Assembly (NCBI GenBank): GCA_965248445.1
Contig: CBDFJG010000002.1
Location: forward strand, 352,001 to 416,000
Reading direction: 5' to 3'
DNA length: 64,000 nucleotides
DNA from: Planctomycetota bacterium
Lineage (GTDB): Bacteria > Planctomycetota > JAJSAM01 > JAJVHW01
Positions 28,913-39,105 of this stretch are shown one piece after another. The notes below the pieces were generated by a model, which was not told the DNA's origin, did no database searches, and saw only the letters and a program-made list of their open reading frames with translations. Made by a program: the position numbers and the translations under genes. Position 1 is the stretch's first letter. Each line of letters starts with the position of its first letter.

Positions 28913-29856
28913 TGCGCTCCTGGGTGCATCGCTTCGTGGGCTACATGTTGTCGGGCGACACATCGTACGAGGTGTTCGCGTGCTTCTACGGCACCGGCGC
29001 GAACGGCAAGACCACTCTGTTGAACCTGTTGCAGAGCGTGCTCGGGAAGTACGCGACCGAGGTTGACGTGGAGGTCATTTCGGCGCGACGACGGGACGCG
29101 GAGAAGGCAACACCGGCGCTGCTGCGTCTTGCCGGTACTCGACTCGTGCGCACAGCGGAGCCGCTCGGTAGGTGGCGACTGGACACCGGGCTCGTCAAGA
29201 GGATCGCGTCTGGTCACAACCTCCGCGCTCGCGGGTTGAATGAGGGAATCGTCGAGTTTCCGTGTCAAGCGAAGCTTGTCATTGAGGCGAACCATCGACC
29301 GATTGTGGACGGCTCGGACAGCGCGCTCTTTCGTCGTCTCGCTCTTGTCGAATTCGGCGTTGAGTTTCCCGGGTCCAAGCGCGACACGAACCTGGGAAGG
29401 AAGCTCAACGCTGAGCGCGCTGGCGTGCTGCGCTGGGCGATCGAAGGATGGCGGCGGATGCGCGAACAGGGGCTCTCGTTGCCACCGTCGATGAAGGCCG
29501 CCGTCGCTCGCTTCCAGGAAGAGTCCGATCTGTTCGCCGAGTTCTTCGACTCCTATCTCTTGGTATCCCCTGGAAGCCGAGTGCCCCGCCCGGTGCTCCA
29601 CGCACTGCTCCGCCGCCTCTGTGCCGAGCAGGACGTTCGCGGAGTGCCGAAGGCATCGGGCATGGTCGCCGGGTTGAAGAAACTCGGGCGCCGCAGGGAG
29701 TTCGTTGCGGAGCCCGGGGTGTTCCGGGGCAACCACATCGTGCGCGGCGTGACCGTCTCGCCGCGGGGACGGGAGGCGCTTGCGGCGATCGGAACCAAGT
29801 CCGCCATGAAGTACCTCCAGTCATGCCACGCCGGAGACCAGGCGGGCGGCGGATGA
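28913..29856 (+). pseudogene. P4-family phage/plasmid primase-helicase (SF3 domain), N-terminus removed by IS66
   Basis: GTGANGKTT, L.G.RLV...E, VKRIASG....AR, NHRP.V...D.ALFRR. Confidence 0.85.
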
Positions 29857-30079
29857 CCACCCTCTGCGACCACTGCCACCGTCACTCGCCTGCCGAGGCG
29901 CCGTCGTGCGCTGCGATGTCGACGAGCGACGCCAGAAGGCCGCCGCCGCCCTCGAGCACGTGGCGGCGGCCGATGCCCTGCCTGCGTTCTTCAGCGCACC
30001 GGTCGGCGGGAAGACCGCCTGCGACACGGGTGATCGAGTGCTTGCGTGCTGCGCACCAAGAGACCCGGCGGAGCCAGGC

Positions 30080-30478
30080 ATGACCCTCGACGAAACCCTC
30101 GCCGCCCTGGGCGACACTCCGACGTCCGACGAGGACTCGCCGCGGGGCCGCCCCGGCATGTGCGGGGAGTACGCCGACGGTTCCGAGTGGCCGTTCGTGC
30201 GTGTACAACCGGCGTGGAAGCCGGGACACTTCCACGTCGCCACGTTCACCGACACCAAGAGCGCCACAGATTCGTCGCGGGACGGCATCCCGCTTGCGCT
30301 CCTGGGCCGCACACTCCGGGAGTGGGTGCCGGACGCGGACTTCCTCCAGTGGGAGGTCGGCGCGTATCCCCCGATCGGCCGCAACGCGCACATGGTCGGG
30401 TTCGTTGACGCGATCGCCGCGGAGTACTTCACGGCCGATGGCATCGCGTTCCACGAGCTGACGCGGGCGGGACAGTGA
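30080..30478 (+). CDS. Phage-like hypothetical protein
   Basis: GGAG RBS; stop overlaps the excisionase start. Confidence 0.55.
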   Translation: MTLDETLAALGDTPTSDEDSPRGRPGMCGEYADGSEWPFVRVQPAWKPGHFHVATFTDTKSATDSSRDGIPLALLGRTLREWVPDADFLQWEVGAYPPIGRNAHMVGFVDAIAAEYFTADGIAFHELTRAGQ

Positions 30479-30780
30479 GCACGTTCGAGTCAGTCGACCG
30501 CCTCACGCGCGCCCAAGCGGCCGGCTACATCGGCATCTCAATGCGTTCACTCGACCGTCTCGTCGCATCGCGACTGATCGAGTTCATCCGACTCGGCCCG
30601 TACAGGCGGAGTCCGATCCGCTTCGAGCGTGCCGCGTTGGACGCGTACTTGGAGAAGCGCGCTGTTGCGCCACGCGTCCACAACGGCATCGACCGGCAGC
30701 GGCTTCTGCGGCTGGTCCACCGTGCGGAGACTGCAATGTCGGAGTTGAGGGCTGCACTGGCCGCGGCATCGGGGTCCTAG
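30475..30780 (+). CDS. Excisionase-like HTH DNA-binding protein
   Basis: LTRAQAAGYIGISMRSLDRLV...IRF...LDAYL. Confidence 0.8.
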   Translation: MSTFESVDRLTRAQAAGYIGISMRSLDRLVASRLIEFIRLGPYRRSPIRFERAALDAYLEKRAVAPRVHNGIDRQRLLRLVHRAETAMSELRAALAAASGS

Positions 30781-32476
30781 CCTGCATAATTCATCACGCC
30801 ACGCCCGGAACGTAGATTCGGGCGCACCGCGCATTGCATAAACTGTTGTTAGAGCAATAGTTACACAGATGCGAGAGGTACGCCCGAGTGACGAATTCTA
30901 CCCCACACACTGTCCGGTTTCCCGATCTCTTCGGGAAGGTCACCACGGCCGTGTTCGACGGCGAAGCGCACACGTCCGAGGGAGGCGCGGGACTGCTGCG
31001 CGCGGTGGACCGTCGAATGGGAGTGACCGCAGGTCTGGCTGCGCTGTTGGTGGATCGTCGTGACCCGACGCGGGTGCAGCACTCGTTGGAGGAGCTCTTT
31101 CGGCAGCGCGTCTTCTCGATCGGCCTGGGCTACAGCGACCAGAACGACGCGGCTCGCGTGGGCACCGACCCGATGCTCAAGGGGGTCACGGGCCGCGCGC
31201 CGATCAAGGGCGCCGACCTGGCGTCTCAGGCGACGCTGTCGCGCTTCGAGAACGCGGTCACGGCGCACGAGCTCGTGGCCTTGTCGCGCAAGCTCGAGGA
31301 GGACGTGATCGAGCGTCTTTGCGCTCGCCACCGGGGGGCCCGGCGCATCACGATCGACATGGACCCGAGCTGTGACCCGACCCACGGTGCACAGCAGGGA
31401 GCGCTCTTCAACGGCTTCTACGACACGTGGTGCTACCTGCCGGTTTTCGGCTTCCTCACGGTCGACGGCGATCCGGAGCAGTACCTTTTCTGTGCGCGGC
31501 TGCGGCCGGGCAACGCGAAGGAGGGCCGCACGTCGCTGCGGACGATCCGCCGGATGGTGAAGCGACTTCGGCGTGCGTTTCCGCGCACGCAGATCCTCGT
31601 GCGCCTGGACAGCGGCTTCGCCGGCTCGCGGCTCTTCGACGCGCTGGACGAACTCGGCGTGAAGTACGTGGTCGGGATGCCCAAGAACAAGCGGCTCCTG
31701 GATCTGTGCGACGCCGAGATGACAGCGGCTGCGGTGCTGGCGGCGATGGAAGACAAGACGGCGCAGATCTACGGCGACTGCGAGTACCGGGCGAAGAGCT
31801 GGAGCAGGTCCCGCCGCGTGGTCTTCAAGGCGCAAGTGCTGGTCGCCACCGGGAAGGTGAACAAGGACAACGCGCGCTTCGTGGTCACCAACGTCTCGCG
31901 CAGCTACAAGCCCGAGACGACCTACTGCAAGACCTACTGCGGTCGCGGCGACGCCGAGAACCGCATCAAGGAACTCAAGGGTGGCCTGGCGGTGGATCGC
32001 ACGAGCAACTCGAGCTTCCTGGCGAACCAGTTCCGCGTGCTGATGACCGCGGCGGCCTACGTACTCTTCCAGGAGTTACGCTACCAGTTGCGCGGCACCA
32101 CGGCCGCAGTCTGGCAGGTGCACACGATCCGCGAACGGCTGCTCAAGATCGGCGCCCGCGTCGTGGAATCGGTGCGCCGCGTCGTCGTGCATCTCGCGGC
32201 GGCCTGCCCATGGCGCGAGCTGTGGTGCCGCGTCGCGCGAAGGCTCGGCGCTGCGCCGGTCTGAGCGCAGCCGATGGCCAGAAGAACGACACGCTTCCGG
32301 CTACCGGTCCGTCCAGACCTCGTCCGCGCGGCGGCAAATGGACTTGAACGCCCCCTCGGAACGAAGATCCCGCCGTCCGAGACCCCGCCGACCTCGGTGA
32401 ACGCCGCAAGTCGAGCGCCCGGGCGCTCGGACCGGCCGAGGGACGCCATCGCGAGCGTCGTCATGAATAGTGCGGG
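30781..32476 (+). mobile_element. IS1380-family element type B (1696 bp)
   Basis: TIRs CCTGCATAATTCAT / CCCGCACTATTCAT; CTAG at 30777-30780 and 32477-32480. Confidence 0.92.
30888..32264 (+). CDS. IS1380-family DDE transposase
   Basis: TSEGG, IDMD, HGAQQG, VRLDSGF, YCGRGDAENRIKE. Confidence 0.95.
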   Translation: MTNSTPHTVRFPDLFGKVTTAVFDGEAHTSEGGAGLLRAVDRRMGVTAGLAALLVDRRDPTRVQHSLEELFRQRVFSIGLGYSDQNDAARVGTDPMLKGVTGRAPIKGADLASQATLSRFENAVTAHELVALSRKLEEDVIERLCARHRGARRITIDMDPSCDPTHGAQQGALFNGFYDTWCYLPVFGFLTVDGDPEQYLFCARLRPGNAKEGRTSLRTIRRMVKRLRRAFPRTQILVRLDSGFAGSRLFDALDELGVKYVVGMPKNKRLLDLCDAEMTAAAVLAAMEDKTAQIYGDCEYRAKSWSRSRRVVFKAQVLVATGKVNKDNARFVVTNVSRSYKPETTYCKTYCGRGDAENRIKELKGGLAVDRTSNSSFLANQFRVLMTAAAYVLFQELRYQLRGTTAAVWQVHTIRERLLKIGARVVESVRRVVVHLAAACPWRELWCRVARRLGAAPV

Positions 32477-32565
32477 CTAGACACACCAAGTCAACCTGAT
32501 GGGGGAGGAGCCCGTGTGCGCGCCGCGCCGCGGGCTCTTCCGATTCCGACGCTCCGTCGCGCAGA

Positions 32566-33054
32566 ATGCACGCGATGCAGACCATCCTCGTTGCCGTGGA
32601 CCTGTCCGAGTTCATGGAGAGCGTCGTGGACGCCGCCGCGGCGATCGCGGCCGGCTCCGGTGGCGTGCTGCATTTGCTCCACGTGATCCGCCCGCCGGCC
32701 GGCTTCCACGACGTGCCACACAGCACTGACCTGGTGCGTGAGCAGGTAGAGCGGGACGAGGCGGCGTGCCTCGATCGATTGGCGGCGGAGGCGGCCCGCG
32801 CAGGCGAGGCCGGGGTCCGCGTCGCCTCGACGACCGTCGTGCACGGCGAGCCCGCGGCGCAGATCCTCCAGCGGGGGCGCGAGCTGTCGGCGGATCTGAT
32901 CGTGGTGGGGGCCGACGCGAAGGGTGTGCTGGAACGCACCCTGCTCGGGAGCACCAGTTCCGAGGTGCTGCGCGACGCCGGGCGGCCGGTGCTGATTGTC
33001 CCGACGCTCCGCGAAGCCGACGACGTCGACGCCGACGAGGGAGCTGCGCAGTGA
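32566..33054 (+). CDS. Universal stress protein
   Basis: ILVAVDLS, DLIVVG, LLGSTS..VL...PVLIV. Confidence 0.9.
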   Translation: MHAMQTILVAVDLSEFMESVVDAAAAIAAGSGGVLHLLHVIRPPAGFHDVPHSTDLVREQVERDEAACLDRLAAEAARAGEAGVRVASTTVVHGEPAAQILQRGRELSADLIVVGADAKGVLERTLLGSTSSEVLRDAGRPVLIVPTLREADDVDADEGAAQ

Positions 33055-34028
33055 GTCGCAAGCACCGCCGCATGCGGGAGCGCCAGATGCAGAGGCGCGG
33101 CGATACGAGGACTGCGCCCGGCGCCACGTCCGGGCCGCCGCGGTTCCTGCAGGAGCGCGCGCAGCGTTGGGCGCTCTGGGCGCGCAAGTCCCGTGGAGTC
33201 CCGTCGTCCGAGGACGTGCGCACGATGGTCGAGGCGGGCGAGCTCGCGGAGTTCGGACAGGACATGGTCGAGGCCGCCCAGGAGCTGGCGTTCGAGGCGC
33301 TCGAGACGGCGGACCCGGAGGCGGCCCACCAGCTCGCGCTGCGCGCGCTGCAGCACGACCCGCGCTGCGCCGACGCCCGCCGCGTGGTCGCCGAGCGCGA
33401 AGCACGCAGCGAGATCGATCGCGCGGGTTGGCTAAAGCGCACGCTGGACGACGAGTCGGAGCGACTGGGCGAGATACTGCTCGAGGAGTTCGGCGGCCGG
33501 TTGTCCGAGGCGGTGGAGGCGCGGCCGTACCTGCGGGTCCGGCTCGACCTCGCGTGCGCGTTGTGGACCGTGGGCCGGTACAAGCGCGCGCGAAAGCACC
33601 TCCGCACGATCCTGGACGACGACGCGGCGGACTTCCTCGGGGTGAAGTACCCGCTGGCGATGGCCGAGCTCTCTCTCGGCGAGCGCGAGCAGGCACGGGA
33701 GCTGCTGCACCGCGAGAACGAGGACGGCGCAGAGCTGCTGATCCACTGGTCGCGCATCCTCATCCGCGTGCTGGCCGGCGAGTTCGACGAGGCGGACGCG
33801 ATGTTCGCGCGGATCGTGAAGTCGCACGAGGCGGACGCCACGTCACTGGCGACGCCGCCGCCGCGGGACTTCCCGCACGTCCCGTACTACCGCGACGAGC
33901 TGGTGGAGTACGCGACGCTCTGCCTGCGCATGCTCCACCACGCGTGGCACGCCCACGAGTCGTCGGTGGCGTGGCTCGCGCGACACGCGGCGGCGGAAGC
34001 GGCCGGCGCCGAGTCCGCCGCGACGTAG
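33051..34028 (+). CDS. TPR-like protein
   Basis: AL..DP.CADA, RPYLR, helical repeats; GTGA overlap with usp. Confidence 0.7.
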   Translation: MSRKHRRMRERQMQRRGDTRTAPGATSGPPRFLQERAQRWALWARKSRGVPSSEDVRTMVEAGELAEFGQDMVEAAQELAFEALETADPEAAHQLALRALQHDPRCADARRVVAEREARSEIDRAGWLKRTLDDESERLGEILLEEFGGRLSEAVEARPYLRVRLDLACALWTVGRYKRARKHLRTILDDDAADFLGVKYPLAMAELSLGEREQARELLHRENEDGAELLIHWSRILIRVLAGEFDEADAMFARIVKSHEADATSLATPPPRDFPHVPYYRDELVEYATLCLRMLHHAWHAHESSVAWLARHAAAEAAGAESAAT

Positions 34029-34122
34029 GCCGGTGCGGGCGGGGCAGCGCCCCGCCGCTACAGCGGTTACCCAGCCTCGTCGCGTGAATCGCGAGGGCGC
34101 GACGCTTGCCACGCACGCGCCG

Positions 34123-35025
34123 TCACGCGTGGTCGTCTAGCTCGGAGAAGAGGAAGCCGAGTTCTTCCACCTGTGCGCGCACCGCGGCCTCGGCAGCGTT
34201 TACGCGGTCGATGGTCTCCTGCGCGCTGACGTCGAGGTCGTTCGGCTTCACCTTGCACGCGACGAGGATCTGGCCGGGTCCGGACCACACCGCGATCATC
34301 CGCGGGACTTCGAAGCCGTGGGCGTGCCAGATCCCCCGCACTTCCTCGGCAAGTTCCGGGCTCGCTGCGGAGCCCGCAATCAAGCGGCGCACCTGCGCAC
34401 CGAGGAACAGCGCGACGGTGAGGAGCAGCACGGCGAGGACGAGCGTCCCGATCGCGTCGCAGAGCGGGTTCTCCGTCCACATCGTGAGCAGCACGGCGAG
34501 CAGCGCGATGATCAGGCCGGCCATCGCCGCGAGATCCTCGAACGTGACGACCAGGAGGTTGACGTCGCCGGTGCGTCGCGCCCACGGGAGCAGTCCCATC
34601 GTGCCGCGGACACGCTTGCACTCCCTCCACGCGACCCAGAGGCTGCCGCCTTCGAGCACGACGCCGAGGAGCAGGACACTGATCGCCCAGCCCGGCGACT
34701 GGATCATCTCCGGCTCGTGCAACTTGTGCCATCCCTCGTAGGCGGAGAAGAGGCCGCCGGCGGAGAACAGGAACACCGCGACGAGCAGCGCCCAGAAGTA
34801 GGACTCGCGGCCGTAGCCGAGCGGGTGCCGCTCGTCGGGCTCGCGTTTCGCGCGCGCTCCACCGATCAGGAGGAGGACCTGGTTCCCTGTATCGGCGTAG
34901 CTGTGGATCGCCTCGGCGAGCATGGCGCCCGACTTCGTGATGACCGCCGCGACGGTCTTGGCGATGGCGATCCCCAGATTCGCGAACAGCGCGAACACGA
35001 CGACCTTGGTCGATCCTCCAGCCAT
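34123..35025 (-). CDS. Cation diffusion facilitator transporter
   Basis: AEAIHSYADTGNQ, HPLGYGRE, FEDLAA. Confidence 0.9.
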   Translation of the reverse strand: MAGGSTKVVVFALFANLGIAIAKTVAAVITKSGAMLAEAIHSYADTGNQVLLLIGGARAKREPDERHPLGYGRESYFWALLVAVFLFSAGGLFSAYEGWHKLHEPEMIQSPGWAISVLLLGVVLEGGSLWVAWRECKRVRGTMGLLPWARRTGDVNLLVVTFEDLAAMAGLIIALLAVLLTMWTENPLCDAIGTLVLAVLLLTVALFLGAQVRRLIAGSAASPELAEEVRGIWHAHGFEVPRMIAVWSGPGQILVACKVKPNDLDVSAQETIDRVNAAEAAVRAQVEELGFLFSELDDHA

Positions 35026-35137
35026 GACTCGCTCCTGCCTCCTCGCCGCACACGTTCTACGCACAGCGGCGAGTCGCGGCGAGTCTCGGCGGAGGGCGGC
35101 CCCTCCCGCGGCCGGCGAGGCATGCCGATGGGGAAGC

Positions 35138-35620
35138 ATGAGCCGACCGTACTCCGGGACAGTAGATCGCGACGCCGTGCGGGAGCGCATGGCCGAGCGG
35201 GAGCGCTCCGACCACTTCCGGTCACTGCCCGAGGACGTGCAGGGAGAGCTGCGGGGCCGGTGGCGGGCCGAGGAGCAGCGCTTCGACGCGCTGTACGCCG
35301 ACCGAAAGCGCTATCGCCTGCGCTCGGTGGGCGAGGGCGCGTTCGTGCTGGTCGCCGGGCGCCTGCTCTTCAGCTCTACGATCGTGGGGCTGATCCTGGC
35401 GGCCGTCATCGGTGCGCTGGTCGGCCTGGTCTGGTTCCAGGCGCGGGCACAGCGGTTCACGTGCATCGCGATCGTATTGCCGGCGTGGCTGCTCCTAGCA
35501 GTCATCTCGCCCACGTACTCGTACGGCCACGCGATGTTCGAGTGCGTGTTCGTGGTCGGCGTCTCGGCCATGATCGGGGCACTTCGCGAGTTCCGACTCG
35601 GCGACTCCTCCGTAATGTGA
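35138..35620 (+). CDS. Membrane protein
   Basis: About four C-terminal TM segments. Confidence 0.6.
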   Translation: MSRPYSGTVDRDAVRERMAERERSDHFRSLPEDVQGELRGRWRAEEQRFDALYADRKRYRLRSVGEGAFVLVAGRLLFSSTIVGLILAAVIGALVGLVWFQARAQRFTCIAIVLPAWLLLAVISPTYSYGHAMFECVFVVGVSAMIGALREFRLGDSSVM

Positions 35621-35624
35621 GGGT

Positions 35625-36128
35625 GTGACAGACCCGCACCCCGCGACGCTCCCCGACGACGCGCTGCTCGCAGCGTGCAAGCGGTCCGCCACGCGCTCCA
35701 GCGGACCGGGCGGACAGCACCGCAACCGTGTGAACACGAACGTCGTCCTCGTGCACCAGCCGAGCGGCGTCCGGGCCATGGCGGGCGAGCGCCGCAAGCG
35801 CCTCGACAACGAGCGGGTCGCGCTGCTGCGGCTGCGGCGTGCACTCGCCGCCGCCGTGCGCCGGGCGTGGACGGCGCCGTCGTCCGAGTGGAGCGCGCGC
35901 CTAAAGGGGGGCCGGCTCGTGTTGTCGGCCCGCAGTCCCGATGTGCCGCGCTGCCTGGCCGAGGCGCTCGACGCGCTGGCGGCAGCGGACTTCGACGGCC
36001 GGGTGGCGGCGGAGCGACTCGGCGTCACCCGTACGCAACTCGTCAAGCTGCTGGCTCTGCACCACCCGGCTCTCGAGGTCTGGAACGATGCGCGCCGCGC
36101 GAAGGGGCTGACGCCGTTGCGGAAGTGA
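35625..36128 (+). CDS. Peptide chain release factor-like protein (GGQ domain)
   Basis: RSSGPGGQHRN....V.L.H.PSG. Confidence 0.85.
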   Translation: MTDPHPATLPDDALLAACKRSATRSSGPGGQHRNRVNTNVVLVHQPSGVRAMAGERRKRLDNERVALLRLRRALAAAVRRAWTAPSSEWSARLKGGRLVLSARSPDVPRCLAEALDALAAADFDGRVAAERLGVTRTQLVKLLALHHPALEVWNDARRAKGLTPLRK

Positions 36129-36180
36129 CCCGACCGGGAGGTACCCTCTCGGACCGCCGAAGGTCCCCAGGAGAGTCGCG

Positions 36181-36954
36181 GTGCAAGTCGTCTCGTGGAA
36201 TGTGAACTCGATCCGCTCGCGCCTGGAGCGCGTGGTCGAGTGGGTGGACTACAACCAGCCGGATGCGCTGTGCCTTCAGGAGACGAAGGTGACGGACGAC
36301 ATCTTCCCGTTCGACGCGCTCGAGGAGATCGGGTACGGCGCCGAGGTGTACGGCCAGAAGACGTACAACGGCGTTGCGATCCTGACTCAGGAGATCTGCG
36401 AGGACGTGCGTCGCGGCTTCGACGACGGCGAGGACGAGGACCCGCAGGCCCGCATCATCCGCGCCACCGTCGGCGGCGTGCGCGTCGTGAACATCTACGT
36501 ACCGAACGGCAAGGCCGTGGGCGACGAGAAGTACGACTACAAGCTCGGGTGGCTCGACCGCCTGCACGCCATGCTCGTAGATCAGGAGGACCTGGACGGT
36601 CCGCTGGTGCTGCTCGGCGACTTCAACATCGCGCCCGCCGACATCGATGTGCACGACCCGGAGAGGTGGCGGGGCCGCATCCTGTTCAGCGAGGCCGAGC
36701 ACGCCGCGCTCGCTGCGCTGATGGACCTGGGGCTCGTGGACACCTTCCGGCAGCACCATCCGGACGAGGAAGGCGCGTTCTCGTGGTGGGACTACCGCCA
36801 GCTCGCGTTCCAGAAGCGCAAGGGGCTGCGCATCGACCTCGTGCTGGCGACGTCGTCACTCTCCGAGCGGTCGCTCGCGTGCGTTATCGACAAGGATGCG
36901 CGCCGCGGGAAGGGCGCTTCGGATCACGCACCGGTCGTCGCCGACTTCAATTGA
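36181..36954 (+). CDS. xth: Exodeoxyribonuclease III
   Basis: SWNVNS, LQETK, YNGVA, YVPNG, GDFN, SWWDYR, RID, SDHAP. Confidence 0.95.
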   Translation: MQVVSWNVNSIRSRLERVVEWVDYNQPDALCLQETKVTDDIFPFDALEEIGYGAEVYGQKTYNGVAILTQEICEDVRRGFDDGEDEDPQARIIRATVGGVRVVNIYVPNGKAVGDEKYDYKLGWLDRLHAMLVDQEDLDGPLVLLGDFNIAPADIDVHDPERWRGRILFSEAEHAALAALMDLGLVDTFRQHHPDEEGAFSWWDYRQLAFQKRKGLRIDLVLATSSLSERSLACVIDKDARRGKGASDHAPVVADFN

Positions 36955-36970
36955 GTCCCGGCGCTTCGCC

Positions 36971-36996
36971 GTAGGGGCGGGCCGCCGCGCCCGCCC
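36971..36996 (+). repeat. REP-like palindrome
   Basis: GTAG followed by GGGCGGGC-N6-GCCCGCCC between convergent genes. Confidence 0.5.
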
Positions 36997-37090
36997 GCGC
37001 CACCGGGTGGGCGTCAGAATCCAAGTGGGGTGCTAGCGAACCGCTCATTCGCCGCACGCCGGGAGGAACGTAGCAGGACCGAAGTCCGCG

Positions 37091-37753
37091 CTACGACGCC
37101 CCTGCCGCGGCCGATCTGGCCAGACGGCGAAGGCGTTGTCGCGTCCACACTCCGAGTGCGACCACCGAGAGTCCGAGCATCGCCCACGTGGTCGGCTGGG
37201 GCAGCGAGTACGGGACGCCGCCGTCCGCGCGGTGATCGATCGCGCCCGTGATCCGGTCGCCGGTCGAGTAGACGGAGGTGCCGTCGCCGGGTGAGTTGAA
37301 CGTGACGCGGTTCATCCAGAAGTTCACGAGCCGGTCGCCGCCGTAACCGGAGCTCCTGTCCGCGATCTGCGGCGTGCTTCCGCGGACGGCGGCGAGGGAA
37401 GCGCCGCTGACACCCTGGATGAACAACTCGTCGTAGTGGAACGGGCCGTACGAGGTCGCCTCCGCGAAGATGTCCGCGTTGAAGTCGGACTGCGCCACAA
37501 TCCGGTCGGCGCCGCTGCTGTGGAACTTCCACAGGTTCGGGGTCAGCGACTGCGACGAGCCCGTCCCGCCGAACCGGCTCCTGACCCGGCCGCCGTGGAA
37601 GTTCGCCGTCCAATCGCCCCTGAGGCCGCCGTTCCTCGCGCTGACGGAACTGTCCCGGATGGTGGCCGTGACCGTGCCGGCCCGCGCTGCGGGTGTGGGC
37701 AGGGCCAGCAGCGTCGCGGCTGCGACGAGCACCGGGAGGAGGTAATTGCGCAT
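37091..37753 (-). CDS. Secreted protein with PEP-CTERM-like sorting signal
   Basis: Signal peptide; LPQPTTWAMLGLSVVALG followed by a basic tail. Confidence 0.7.
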   Translation of the reverse strand: MRNYLLPVLVAAATLLALPTPAARAGTVTATIRDSSVSARNGGLRGDWTANFHGGRVRSRFGGTGSSQSLTPNLWKFHSSGADRIVAQSDFNADIFAEATSYGPFHYDELFIQGVSGASLAAVRGSTPQIADRSSGYGGDRLVNFWMNRVTFNSPGDGTSVYSTGDRITGAIDHRADGGVPYSLPQPTTWAMLGLSVVALGVWTRQRLRRLARSAAAGAS

Positions 37754-37920
37754 GCGGCGGCCTGGCAGGCTGCGAAGCCCATGCCGGGAGCCCAGCGCCG
37801 CGATCGGCCTGCGGCCAGGCTCCAACAGGTCTCGGTGTGTGCGCCGGGCGATGTGCCGGCGCGTCGCGCCCGCACAGAATGTCGATTTCGGTCGACGCCG
37901 GGACCGGAGAGACTGACCGC

Positions 37921-39105
37921 ATGACCGATCCGCTGCTCCGCTTTCGCTCCCGCTACCCCATCCTCGAGCGCACCAATTACCTCATCTCGAACTCGCTCGG
38001 GGCCATGCCCGCGGCCACCCGCGACCGGCTCGTGGAGTACGCGGATACCTGGGCAACGCGCGGGGTGCGCGCGTGGGGCGAGGGTTGGTGGGAGATGTCG
38101 ATCGCGGTGGGGGACCTGCTCGCGCCGATCCTCGGCGTCGGTCCAGGCGAGACCTGCTTCCACCAGAACGTGACGCTTGCCTCGGCGGTGTTCCTGTCGT
38201 CGATCGACTTCCGCGGCCCACGCAACAAGCTCGTGATGGTGGACCTCGAGTTCCCGTCTCTGCAGTACCTCTACCACCAGCACCCGGACGCCGAGATCGT
38301 CACGATCAAGACGCACGACGGCATGACGATCGACGAAGACGAGTTGATCGCCGCGATCGACGAGCGCACGGCACTGGTCGCCGTCTCCCACGTGTTGTTC
38401 CGCAGCGCGTACGTGCTCGACGCGCAGCGTCTCGCTGCGCGCACCCGCGAGATGGGCGCGCTCCTTCTTCTCGACGCGTTCCAGTCCGCGGGCACGGTCC
38501 CGCTGCAACTCGCCGAGTGGGGCGTGGACGCCGCCGTCGGCGGGGGTCTCAAGTGGCTCTCCGGCGGGCCGGGCAATTGCTACTTGTGGGTTCGGCCCGA
38601 GCTGACGGATCAGCTCGAGCCGCGTATCACCGGGTGGCAGGCGCATCCGCGTCCGTTCAACTTCGAGCCGGGGCCGATCGAGTTCCGGAGCGGCATCGGC
38701 CGCTTCCTGACCGGCACGCCGAACATCCCGGCGCTCTACGCCGCGACCGCCGGACTCGAGGTCGTGAACGAGGCGGGCATGGATGCCATCCGCGCGAAGT
38801 CCGAGCGCCAGACCGCGCGCCTGGTCGAGTTGTTCGACTCGCGCGGGTACGAGGTGACGGCGCCCCGCGACCCCAAGAAGCGCGGCGGCACGGTCGCGGT
38901 GAACGTCCCGCACGGTCTCGAGGTCGCGACGGAACTGAACGCGCGGGACATCTGCGTGGACTACCGGCCGGGCGCCGGCGTCCGCGTGTCGCCGCACTTC
39001 TACACGCGCGACGACGAACTCGACGACGTGGCCGGGGCGATCGACGAGATCCTCGCGACCGGTGCGTGGGAGAAGCACGCGGGCGTGCAGCGGACGGTGA
39101 CATGA
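37921..39105 (+). CDS. kynU: Kynureninase (class V PLP enzyme)
   Basis: YLISNSLG, FPS..Y, DAFQSAG, KWLSGGPG, GTP; coupled to kynB. Confidence 0.8.
   Translation: MTDPLLRFRSRYPILERTNYLISNSLGAMPAATRDRLVEYADTWATRGVRAWGEGWWEMSIAVGDLLAPILGVGPGETCFHQNVTLASAVFLSSIDFRGPRNKLVMVDLEFPSLQYLYHQHPDAEIVTIKTHDGMTIDEDELIAAIDERTALVAVSHVLFRSAYVLDAQRLAARTREMGALLLLDAFQSAGTVPLQLAEWGVDAAVGGGLKWLSGGPGNCYLWVRPELTDQLEPRITGWQAHPRPFNFEPGPIEFRSGIGRFLTGTPNIPALYAATAGLEVVNEAGMDAIRAKSERQTARLVELFDSRGYEVTAPRDPKKRGGTVAVNVPHGLEVATELNARDICVDYRPGAGVRVSPHFYTRDDELDDVAGAIDEILATGAWEKHAGVQRTVT

Noticed and set aside
29853..30083. Cys-containing ORF after the primase
   Set aside because: Two overlapping frames are equally plausible and neither has a recognisable motif.
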